Below, one piece after another: positions 46,704 to 55,534 of a DNA stretch of 64,000 bases. Below the pieces are notes generated by a model. It saw only the letters and a list, made by a program, of their open reading frames with translations, did not search any database and was not told where the DNA came from. The translations under genes and the position numbers were made by a program. Each line of letters starts with the position of its first letter. Positions within the stretch are counted from its first letter, which is position 1. Source of the stretch: an uncultured Acidobacteriaceae bacterium (GTDB lineage Bacteria > Acidobacteriota > Terriglobia > Terriglobales > Acidobacteriaceae); contig CAWHFA010000001.1 in assembly GCA_963828635.1 (NCBI GenBank), positions 75,030 through 139,029 on the forward strand. The letters are read 5' to 3'.

Positions 46704-47354
46704 TCACAGGGCGGGCACATTGCTTTTTCTGCGGCGTGTGAGCACGAAAGCTCGTTTCCGGCTCTTCACCACCTGGCGGTCGATCTTTGTCCAGAACGCC
46801 ACGAAATAATCAGCTGCCGAAATCAGAGACAATAACACCATGAACCATATGGCGAGACGGGCGATCCAATGAACTGGAAAGAATAATTGGTGATAAAGCG
46901 GCCACTCGGTCCAGCGATGATCGAGAATTACCGCAACGACGGAGACGATTTGCACGACCATTTTGAATTTGCCGAGATCACTGGCCTCAATGGTGAACCC
47001 TTCCGAGGCTGCAATCGAACGTAAACCGCTTACCAGAAATTCCCGTCCAATGATGACGACCGCGATCCAAGCCGGAACCAGACGCGGATTGAATTGCACG
47101 AGCGCTACAAAAGCCGCGGCTATAAGAAGCTTGTCGGCAAGGGGATCGAGCAACATCCCCATGGTGGTGATTTGTCCGCGTTTGCGGGCCAGGTATCCGT
47201 CAATTCCGTCGGTGATGGAGGCCGCGATGAACAACGCCGACGCGATTATTTCTTTTTCGCCGTTGACTCCCTGAAGACGAGTGCTCGCGAGAATCCATAT
47301 CAGCAGTGGAATGCTGAAAATGCGGGTCAACGTGATGGAATTCGGCAGGTTCAC
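46704..47354 (-). CDS. pgsA: CDP-diacylglycerol--glycerol-3-phosphate 3-phosphatidyltransferase
   Basis: 'NSITLTRI' and the CDP-alcohol phosphatidyltransferase motif 'DGIDGYLARKRGQITTMGMLLDPLADK'. Confidence 0.85.
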   Translation of the reverse strand: MNLPNSITLTRIFSIPLLIWILASTRLQGVNGEKEIIASALFIAASITDGIDGYLARKRGQITTMGMLLDPLADKLLIAAAFVALVQFNPRLVPAWIAVVIIGREFLVSGLRSIAASEGFTIEASDLGKFKMVVQIVSVVAVILDHRWTEWPLYHQLFFPVHWIARLAIWFMVLLSLISAADYFVAFWTKIDRQVVKSRKRAFVLTRRRKSNVPAL

Positions 47355-47549
47355 AAAAACGCGGAATGGGCTTGCCTAGCTGGATTATCCTCCACCTGGA
47401 AGTGTTAAAGCAATGAACCTTTGGTCGATGATTATTCTAGGCGCGCCGTGGCAAATGGAGAATGGATTGCTATATTCACCCGATGCCACATAGAATCTCT
47501 AGGGTCGATCGGGAAGGTTTGCTGCCAGCACAGGATCGGAACGGGAAAT

Positions 47550-48077
47550 TTGAAGGTCATTGCCATTTATCCAGGTTCGTTTGATCCGCCGACGAATGGG
47601 CATCTCGATTTGATCGAGCGTGGCAGCAAGATTTTTGACGAACTTATTGTTGCGATTCTACGAAATCCTGATAAAGACCCGCTGTTCAGCCTGGGGGAAC
47701 GGCGAAATATGCTGGAGGCGCTGACGCATCACTTTAAAAATGTCAGTGTGGATACATTCGATGGGTTGACTGTGGACTATGCCCGGAAAGTTCACGCCAG
47801 CGCGGTGCTGCGGGGGATCCGAGCGCTCAGTGATTATGAATATGAGCTGCAGATGGCGCTGATGAACCGCAAGCTAGCACCTAATCTGGAAACGGTTTTC
47901 ATGATGCCGGCGGAGCAGTATTCTTATTTAAGCTCGAGACTGGTGCGCGAAGTGGGACGTTTAGGGGGATCGATTCAGGATCTCGTGCCTGAAGCTGTCG
48001 AACAAAAACTGCAGGAGAAGCTCGATCCGGCGGTAAAGCTCGAAAGAACGCTAAAACGCAAATCCAAGCGAAACTAG
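47550..48077 (+). CDS. coaD: Phosphopantetheine adenylyltransferase
   Basis: 'IAIYPGSFDPPTNGHLDLIERG' and 'VLRGIRALSDYEYE'. An in-frame TTG at 47550 is preferred over the track start 47421, which would add about 43 non-conserved residues. Confidence 0.85.
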   Translation: MKVIAIYPGSFDPPTNGHLDLIERGSKIFDELIVAILRNPDKDPLFSLGERRNMLEALTHHFKNVSVDTFDGLTVDYARKVHASAVLRGIRALSDYEYELQMALMNRKLAPNLETVFMMPAEQYSYLSSRLVREVGRLGGSIQDLVPEAVEQKLQEKLDPAVKLERTLKRKSKRN

Positions 48078-48085
48078 AGGGGCGC

Positions 48086-49288
48086 ATGACGCCAGTTACG
48101 GAAGCACCCACCGCCATAAAACTAACTGAACGGATCAACCGCATCGAACCGTCCGCCACCATGGCGGTGGTGGCCGAGGCCGACAAGCTGCGCCAGCAGG
48201 GCATTGATGTGGTTGACTTCGGAGCGGGCGAGCCACATTTTCCGACGCCGCAGCACATCAAGGACGCCGCAATCGCGGCGATCCATAACAATTTCACGAA
48301 GTACACAGCAGTGGGTGGAACAATCGAATTGCGCGACGCCATCATCAAGCGTCATGCGGCTGACTTCGGGTCGGAATACCGCCGCGAGGAATGCATTGCC
48401 TCGGTCGGCGGCAAGCACGGCCTGTTCAATGCAATCCAAGTGCTGGTGGATCACGGTGACGAAGTGATTTTGCCTGTGCCCTACTGGGTTTCATTTAAAG
48501 ATATCGTGCGTTACGCGGGCGGAAATTGCGTGCTGCTCGAAACCGATGAAACGCAGGGTTTCCGAATCACGGCTGAGATGGTGGCGAACCTTGTGACTTC
48601 GCGGACCAAGCTGATCATTTTGAATTCTCCTTCGAATCCCTCGGGTGCAGTGATGAGTCCTGAAGACTTGCGCGAGGTGATGAAGTTAGCGACGGAGCGA
48701 GGAATCTGGGTCATTTCCGATGAATGTTACGTGTACCTGAACTACACGGGCCAGCAGTTCTCGGTGGGATCGTTGCGCGAATATTCTGATCGCATGGTGA
48801 TCGTGGGATCGCTTTCCAAAACTTATGCGATGACTGGATGGAGACTTGGCTACGCTCTGGGTCCCGCGCAAATCGTAGCCGCGATGCAAAAGCTGCAAAG
48901 CCAATCGACGTCGAATCCTAGTTCAATCGTGCAAAAGGCGGCGGTGGAGGCTCTCAATGGGCCGCAGCAATGCGTAGAAGAGATGCGCCAGGAATACATC
49001 CACCTACGCGACCATGTGGTGAAAGGTCTGCGGGCGATTCCAGGAGTGAAGTGCAGCATGCCGGAAGGCGCGTTCTATGCTTATCCGAACATTTCTTCTT
49101 CCTTTGGACGCGGGGGAATCAAATCTGCAGCTGATCTGGCGGGACGATTGCTGCGTGAAGCTCACTTGGCGACCGTTCCGGGCGAAGGTTTTGGGACCCG
49201 GGACCACATCCGAATCTCTTACGCCACTTCGGTGGGCGAGCTTGATCGTGGCCTGGAGCGCATGCGCAAGTTTCTTTCGTCACTCTGA
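48086..49288 (+). CDS. Class I PLP aminotransferase (aspartate aminotransferase type)
   Basis: 400 aa. 'DFGAGEPHFPTP' and the PLP-lysine motif 'GSLSKTYAMTGWRLGY'. Confidence 0.85.
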   Translation: MTPVTEAPTAIKLTERINRIEPSATMAVVAEADKLRQQGIDVVDFGAGEPHFPTPQHIKDAAIAAIHNNFTKYTAVGGTIELRDAIIKRHAADFGSEYRREECIASVGGKHGLFNAIQVLVDHGDEVILPVPYWVSFKDIVRYAGGNCVLLETDETQGFRITAEMVANLVTSRTKLIILNSPSNPSGAVMSPEDLREVMKLATERGIWVISDECYVYLNYTGQQFSVGSLREYSDRMVIVGSLSKTYAMTGWRLGYALGPAQIVAAMQKLQSQSTSNPSSIVQKAAVEALNGPQQCVEEMRQEYIHLRDHVVKGLRAIPGVKCSMPEGAFYAYPNISSSFGRGGIKSAADLAGRLLREAHLATVPGEGFGTRDHIRISYATSVGELDRGLERMRKFLSSL

Positions 49289-49389
49289 GAAAACCGATTT
49301 CTGCCAAAGCGCCTCTCTAATTCAGTAACCTTAGGAGCGGCTTCCTTCGTGCTGCGTACAGTGCATACGTCTCTCCGTTGGATTTTAAA

Positions 49390-50391
49390 ATGAGCGAGCT
49401 TTACCCATTCCTGATGCGCCCAATCTTCGACCCTCGGCCTTGGGGAACGGTGGATCTTTCGCCGATTTATCCAGGGCATCGCTTTGATGAAAAGATTGGC
49501 GAGGCGTGGCTTACGGGAGACAACAGCCGGGTCGCGAATGGCCGGCTGAAAGAAAAGACTCTCGCCGAACTTGCAGGTGAATTTGGGCCGCTGCTGGTCG
49601 GCTCGGGTCCCAAGAATCAAAAGCAATTTCCCTTGCTGATGAAATTTTTATTCCCACACGAAAAACTTTCGGTACAGGTGCATCCCGATGACCGCGGAGC
49701 GCAGGAAATCGGTCAGCCGTGCGGCAAGACTGAATGCTGGTACGTAGCTCATGCCAAGGCAGGGGCGCAGATAGGGCTGGGGCTAAAACCGGGAGTGACC
49801 GCTACGCAGTTTGAGCAATCGATTCATGATCAGCGGGCCGAGGAGCTTCTCAACTGGTTGAACGTTTTCCCTGGCGAGATGATTTACGTGGCGGGAGGGA
49901 CGGTCCACACGCTGGGACCGGGATCGATCATTGTAGAGACTCAGCAGCAGTCCGACACGACTTTTCGGTTGTATGACTACGGCCGACCGCGCGAATTGCA
50001 TCTCAAGCAAGGGCTCGCTGCGGTAAAGGAAAAAGTTGCATCCGGAAAAGTAGTGCGCCCTGCTCCCACAAAGATGAGCGAATCGCGCAACCTCCGATCG
50101 CAGATGGTGGCTGCTCCCCACTTTGCAGTTGATCTTTACGACTTAAAAACGGCGCAGGAGTTCGAAACGCACGATGTATCGGGACTAACGTCCGTGCAAA
50201 TATTAGTGGCCGTGGAAGGATGCGGAATCGTCGAGGCCGACGGAACGGAAGCTGTGACCATGGCGAAGGGCGATGCGGTGGTGGTACCTGCGGAAATTGG
50301 AAAGTTTCGAGTTACTCCGCAGTGGTCGGTCCAGTTTTTGAAAAGCAGTGTTCCGGGCGGGGAATGGCCCGAACCTGCGACCCGCATGTGA
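49390..50391 (+). CDS. Type I (cupin) mannose-6-phosphate isomerase
   Basis: 'PWGT', 'FPLLMKFLFPHEKLSVQVHPDD', 'GKTECWYV' and 'AGGTVHTLGPG'. The ATG at 49390 is preferred over the start at 49378. Confidence 0.75.
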   Translation: MSELYPFLMRPIFDPRPWGTVDLSPIYPGHRFDEKIGEAWLTGDNSRVANGRLKEKTLAELAGEFGPLLVGSGPKNQKQFPLLMKFLFPHEKLSVQVHPDDRGAQEIGQPCGKTECWYVAHAKAGAQIGLGLKPGVTATQFEQSIHDQRAEELLNWLNVFPGEMIYVAGGTVHTLGPGSIIVETQQQSDTTFRLYDYGRPRELHLKQGLAAVKEKVASGKVVRPAPTKMSESRNLRSQMVAAPHFAVDLYDLKTAQEFETHDVSGLTSVQILVAVEGCGIVEADGTEAVTMAKGDAVVVPAEIGKFRVTPQWSVQFLKSSVPGGEWPEPATRM

Positions 50392-50400
50392 TTTACACCT

Positions 50401-51514
50401 ATGCCTAAGAATGAACTCAATTTCTATCCAGTAATTCTTGCGGGTGGCCGTGGGACACGTTTCTGGCCACTGAGCCGCAGACGCCGGGCCAAACAGTTGC
50501 TGGCGCTCGATGGCAAGCAAACGATGGTCCAGCAAACTGTGGCGAGGTTGGTGGGTTTGGCGTCGCCGAAACGCTTTTGGATCATCACGAATGATGACCT
50601 GAGACCGGAAATCGCTCGCCAGTTACCTCGGCTCGACAAAAAACAAATTCTCGCGGAGCCTGTAGGACGCAATACTGCTCCCGCAATTGGGCTGGCAGCT
50701 TTCATTCTGGAGCGCACTGCGCCTGATGCCATCATCGGATTGTTTCCCTCTGACCACGTAGTCGGCGACCGCTCGGAGTATGAGCAACTTTTGCGCAAGG
50801 GAATTGCGATCGCACAGGCGGGGGAAAACATTGTGGTGTTGGGAATTCAACCCTCGCGTCCGGAAACTGGATACGGATACATCCAGGCAGGGTCGAAAGA
50901 TTCTAATGGCGCGTTGCAGGTTCAACGCTTCACCGAAAAGCCCGATGCAAAGCGGGCGGCTGAATTCGTTTTAGCCGGCAATTTTTATTGGAACAGCGGC
51001 ATGTTCCTGTGGAGCGCACAAACACTGGCGAATGCTCTGCGCGAACATCTCCCTAAGACGGCGGCGCTGCTAGAACAAATTGCCGCAGTCATTCGGGACT
51101 GCCAAGTTCTCGTCTAGGTTTGAGAAACTATATCCCCGATGTGAAAATATCAGCATCGACTATGCGGTCTTGGAGCCGCGTTCATCCAAGGGAGAGCAGA
51201 ACTCAAATATCTTCTGCCTGCCTGCGGATTTCGGATGGAACGATCTGGGTTCGTGGACGGCGCTGCACGAGCATCACAGCACGAAGCGTCCGACGCGCGA
51301 CAACAATATAGTTTCGAGCGATGGCATCTTCACCCTGAATGCGCAAGGCAATTACATTCACGCGCCGGGGAAATTCGTTGCGGCCGTCGGAGTACACGAT
51401 TTGGTGATCGTTGAAACCGATGACGCTTTGCTGATCACTACGCGTGAACAGGCGCAGGACGTAGGCAAGGTTGTAAAGTATCTCGACGAAAAGAAGCTAC
51501 AACGCCTGACCTAA
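50401..51514 (+). pseudogene. Mannose-1-phosphate guanylyltransferase, one frame break near 51088
   Basis: ORF 50401..51117 ('ILAGGRGTRFWPLSR', 'GYGYI', 'FYWNSGMFLW') joins ORF 51080..51514 ('NISIDYAVLE', 'GWNDLGSW'). The join reads '..LLEQIAA|SFGTAKF..'. Confidence 0.75.
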
Positions 51515-51527
51515 CGATACTGAAATC

Positions 51528-52947
51528 ATGGCACAGCAAATTAAATTTGGCACCGACGGCTGGCGCGGCATTATCGCCGATGATTTCACGTTCGAAAACG
51601 TGCGCCGCGTTGCGGGAGCGATTTCTGCCTATGTCTTGAAAAACGAGGACCCTTGCCGCGGGCTGATTGTTGGATACGACACGCGCTTTGCGTCTCAACG
51701 CACGGCACGAATTGCGGCGGAAGTCATTGCGGCGGCGGGTATCCCAGTCGCTCTTTGCGACGACTATACCCCAACACCGGCGATTTCACTTGCGGTCAGG
51801 AATCGGAGGGCCGCGGGGGGAGTGATCATCACCTCAAGCCATAATCCGTGGAACTGGAACGGGGTTAAGTTCAAAGGTAACTTTGGCGGCTCGGCCACTC
51901 CCGCAATCATGAAAGTGATTGAGGAGGAAGTTCGAAATGACGCGATGCCTACTGGGGAAAAAGCGACTATTGAGGAAATCGATCTTAAGCAACCTTATAT
52001 TGAAGCCATTTCGCAGTTTGTTGATCTCGATTTGATCGCAAAAGCAAAATTCAAGTTTGCCATCGATTCAATGCATGGATCGGGACGTGGCGTGCTGGCA
52101 AAGATTTTCGGAGGCCGGGGAATCGAGTTCGTTGCGATTCGCCAGGAATTGAACCCGCTGTTTCCAGGAATCAATCCGGAGCCCATCGAGCCGCATATTG
52201 CGGCACTGCAACAGACGGTGGTCAAGGAAAAATGTCACGCTGGTTTTGCCACCGATGGTGATGCAGACCGCATCGGGGCGGTGGCGGAAGATGGCAGTTT
52301 TGTCGATTCTCATAAGATATTTTCGGTCATCCTGCGCTGGCTGCTGGAGCGTAAAAAATGGCCGGGCGAAATTGTGCGGGCATTCAACACCACCTGCATG
52401 CTTGATCGAATCGCTGCGCGTTACAGACGCAAACTAAACGAATGCAGCATCGGCTTCAAATATATAGTCGATCTGATGATGGAGCGGGAGATCTTGGTGG
52501 GCGGCGAAGAGTCTGGCGGGATTGGATATTCGCGTTTTCTTCCCGAACGCGACGGGGTGCTGAACTCGTTGTTGCTGGCGAACGTGATGGCGGAAGAGGG
52601 AAAGCCATTGGGCGCGCTGGTTGCGGATTTGCAGCGCGAGTATGGCCCACATTTTTATGCCCGCCGCGACCTGCATATTTCAGACGAGATCAAGCAGAGC
52701 GCGATCAGTGCGCGCCAAGGATGAATCCACAAAACGGCTTGGGGCCTACGGGGTCTCCCGAAAAGCCACTCTCGACGGAATCAAGTTTTTTCTCGATGCT
52801 CCAACCAATGGAAACGGTGCGGATGCCTGGGTGCTGTTTCGAGCGTCTGGCACAGAGCCATTGCTGCGGGTATATGCGGAGGCAGCATCCGCTGAATTGG
52901 TGAGCGAGATTCTTTCCAGTGCGGAAAGGTTTGTGTCGAACGATTGA
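51528..52947 (+). pseudogene. Phosphomannomutase/phosphoglucomutase, one frame break near 52715
   Basis: ORF 51528..52724 carries 'FGTDGWRG', the phosphoserine loop 'TSSHNPWNWNGVKF', 'DGDADR' and 'GGEESGG'. ORF 52621..52947 carries the C-terminal domain 'DGIKF...WVLFRASGTEPLLRVYAEA'. The join lies in 'gcgcgcc' and reads '..QSAISAR|KDESTK..'. Confidence 0.8.
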
Positions 52948-53030
52948 GCGTGTCGTCGCCCGTGGAGGGCGAGCGAGCCAAGAGTTGTTGGTAGGAGCAT
53001 GCGGGCTAGGGCCCGCGCTAGAGTAATTGC

Positions 53031-54167
53031 ATGATCACTTCCGCGGAAGCCATTGCTCCACCAGAAGAGTCCCCCGAAGCCCGACGCTATAACCGCATCC
53101 ATCGGTGGATGGGAATAGCGGACTTCGGGTTGGGGTTCGGGTTCCTGCTGGTTCTCCTGCTCACCGGATGGACGGGGACACTCCGCGACATCGCGTATCG
53201 CGCCGCTTTCCAAAACTACGCGCTGGCACTTTTCTTTTATGTCTTTATTTTGATGGCGATTGGAAAAGTTCTTGGCGGGGGACTGGAATATTATGGCTTT
53301 CGTCTTGAGCATCGCTTCCATTTATCGAATCAGAACACGGGGTCATGGCTGTGGGACCAGGCAAAGACTTTTCTTGTAGGGCTCATCATGGGGGGAATCG
53401 TCGTCGAGTTGTTGTACTTCATGATCCGCAACTATCCGCAGCGTTGGTGGATTTGGACCTGGGCAGTACTCATGGGGCTGTTCGTTCTATTGGCTCAGCT
53501 TGCGCCGCTAATTCTGTTTCCGATTTTCTACAAGTTCGAGCCGCTGGACAACGACGATTTAAGAATGCGCCTGGTTCGACTCGGAGAGCGTGCTGGAACG
53601 AGGGTGCGCGGAGTTTACAAATGGCACTTGTCGGAAAAAAGCAAGAAAGCGAATGCCGCGCTCACGGGACTGGGAAATACCCGCCGCATCATCCTTGCCG
53701 ACACGCTTCTGGATAACTTCTCCGCGGAAGAAATAGAAGCGGTCCTGGCACACGAACTGGGACATCACGCACACCGTCACATCCTGAAAAGTATAGTGAT
53801 GCAGGCGATAACGACATTTATAGGATTTTTGGCGGCCAATTGGACGTTACATTATGCGGTCGATCGGCAGCATATGTTTCTGACGCTTTCGGATTTTGCG
53901 AATCTGCCCTTGTTAGTTTTGGTTTCGTCTGTGCTGTCAGTCCTGCTATTGCCCGCGCTGAATGCATACTCGCGGTATAACGAACGTCAGGCGGACCGGT
54001 ACGCATTCCAGTCAATTAATAACGTGGATCCATTCATTTCGTCGATGAATAAACTGGCTGCACAAAACCTGGCGGAGCGGACTCCCGCAAAATGGGTGGA
54101 GGTGTTGTTTCACTCGCATCCTGCAATATCAAGCCGGATCGCGGCGGCGCAAGCTTGGAGGCGATAA
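53031..54167 (+). CDS. M48-family (Ste24/HtpX-like) membrane zinc metallopeptidase
   Basis: 378 aa with multiple TM helices. The zinc site is 'HELGHHAHRH', with a downstream 'NERQADRYA'. Confidence 0.8.
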   Translation: MITSAEAIAPPEESPEARRYNRIHRWMGIADFGLGFGFLLVLLLTGWTGTLRDIAYRAAFQNYALALFFYVFILMAIGKVLGGGLEYYGFRLEHRFHLSNQNTGSWLWDQAKTFLVGLIMGGIVVELLYFMIRNYPQRWWIWTWAVLMGLFVLLAQLAPLILFPIFYKFEPLDNDDLRMRLVRLGERAGTRVRGVYKWHLSEKSKKANAALTGLGNTRRIILADTLLDNFSAEEIEAVLAHELGHHAHRHILKSIVMQAITTFIGFLAANWTLHYAVDRQHMFLTLSDFANLPLLVLVSSVLSVLLLPALNAYSRYNERQADRYAFQSINNVDPFISSMNKLAAQNLAERTPAKWVEVLFHSHPAISSRIAAAQAWRR

Positions 54168-54890
54168 CTAAGTCCTGGTTCGCAGAATCGCTTCGACCCT
54201 CTGCAAATCGTCTTCGGTATCTACGCCGATGCTGTCAAAGGGAGTTTCCTTGACGTAAATTGGCATTCCGTTTTCGAGGAAGCGAAGCTGTTCGAGTTTT
54301 TCAGACCGCTCCAAAGAGGATTCGGGCAGGGAAACAAAGCGATCGAGAGCGGCTTTGCGGTACGCATAAAAACCGAGGTGCTTAAAATAACTTGCGCCGC
54401 TGCTATCACGATCATGAGGGACAGCGGCGCGGGAAAAATATAACGCCCTTTCAAAAATATCAGTCACAACCTTGACCGCGGCCGGATTGTGAATATCCGT
54501 GTGACGCGCCTTGGTCTTGAGTGTCCCAACCTCGATCGCTGAATTTTGCATCAGTTCGACGAGCGTCTGGATTTGTTCGGCGCGAGTAAGGGGCTCATCG
54601 CCTTGTACGTTTAAGTAAACATCGGCCGTCAGCTGAGCGGAAATTTCGTGAACCCGCTCGGTGCCGCTGCGGTGGGAAGACATCGTCATGCGCACGTTGC
54701 ATTGGTGGAGCCGGCAAACGGACATGATCTCGTCGGAGTCAGTCGCAATCACGATGTCGTCAATGGCTGCACAAGTCTTCACTGCGTCATAAACTCTGAC
54801 GACGAGCGGTTTTCCCGCCACATCGCGCAGCATTTTTCGGGGAAGGCGGGTTGACGCTATGCGAGCGGGGATCACCGCCAAAGTTTTCAT
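54168..54890 (-). CDS. kdsB: 3-deoxy-manno-octulosonate cytidylyltransferase (CMP-KDO synthetase)
   Basis: 'AVIPARIASTRLPRKML', 'VIATDSDEI' and 'NVQGDEPL'. Confidence 0.85.
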   Translation of the reverse strand: MKTLAVIPARIASTRLPRKMLRDVAGKPLVVRVYDAVKTCAAIDDIVIATDSDEIMSVCRLHQCNVRMTMSSHRSGTERVHEISAQLTADVYLNVQGDEPLTRAEQIQTLVELMQNSAIEVGTLKTKARHTDIHNPAAVKVVTDIFERALYFSRAAVPHDRDSSGASYFKHLGFYAYRKAALDRFVSLPESSLERSEKLEQLRFLENGMPIYVKETPFDSIGVDTEDDLQRVEAILRTRT

Positions 54891-55021
54891 GTGAATGACA
54901 TACTCTCGTTTTTCAGTTTGCGGTGCAATAGCTTTGACGACGTGGTTTGACGCGGCAGGGAGCAGATCTTAGAATCGATACTACTTCGGCGTCAACTGCC
55001 TTCCATCCGAAGTTCAAGAAT

Positions 55022-55098
55022 GGCGGCGTAGCTCAGGTGGTTAGAGCGACGGTCTCATAATCCGTAGGTCCGTGGTTCGAGTCCACGCGCCGCCACCA
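55022..55098 (+). tRNA. tRNA with CAU anticodon: elongator tRNA-Met, or possibly tRNA-Ile2 if lysidine-modified. It is not an initiator.
   Basis: Cloverleaf read by eye. The acceptor GGCGGCG pairs with CGCCGCC. It has a D arm 'GCTC..GAGC', anticodon loop 'CTCATAA' (CAT at 55056-55058), T arm 'CGTGG TTCGAGT CCACG' and an encoded CCA. The G1-C72 pair and the lack of a GGG/CCC anticodon stem argue against an initiator. Confidence 0.9.
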
Positions 55099-55534
55099 AT
55101 CTCTTCAACAACCTGCGCGAAATTCGGCGGAATCTCGGCCGATATGTAAGGGCATGGCGCCCGATCGCCTGGACTTAATGATCGACCGCCTCCGAACTTG
55201 CAACCATTCCATCGCGCTGAAAGCCCCGAACAGGCTCAGAACATCGTAAGCGGCCGAGCTGGGCATCGTATATCGGGAGTCTCTCTTCGGCGGCCCTGAA
55301 CCGCTTATATCGGCGCATGCTTATCTCGTCCTAAAAGTTATTCACAGTTCGGGGGCGGTTGTTACGCTTCCGCTACATTTTAACCAAGCGGGGACCCGAT
55401 ATTTCTGTTACTGCGGGACGTCATGTTGGGGGCGAGAACCTTCCTTCATTCTTCTGCAGTGCTTTCATGTTGGCGGAATCATGCGGAAATGAGTCTGCGG
55501 CAATTTACCGTCGCGATTTCGGGATGCCGTAATC

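Noticed and set aside
54165-54170. The M48 peptidase and kdsB genes converge with their stop codons directly abutting (TAA then CTA), leaving no spacer
   Set aside because: It is real in the sequence. However, it is a common consequence of compact genomes, and no further signal is attached to it.
55110-55320. A 45-codon minus-strand ORF next to the tRNA, considered as a possible integrase remnant
   Set aside because: It has no recombinase motif (no R..HxxR..Y pattern). It is too short, and no att-like repeat of the tRNA 3' end was found.
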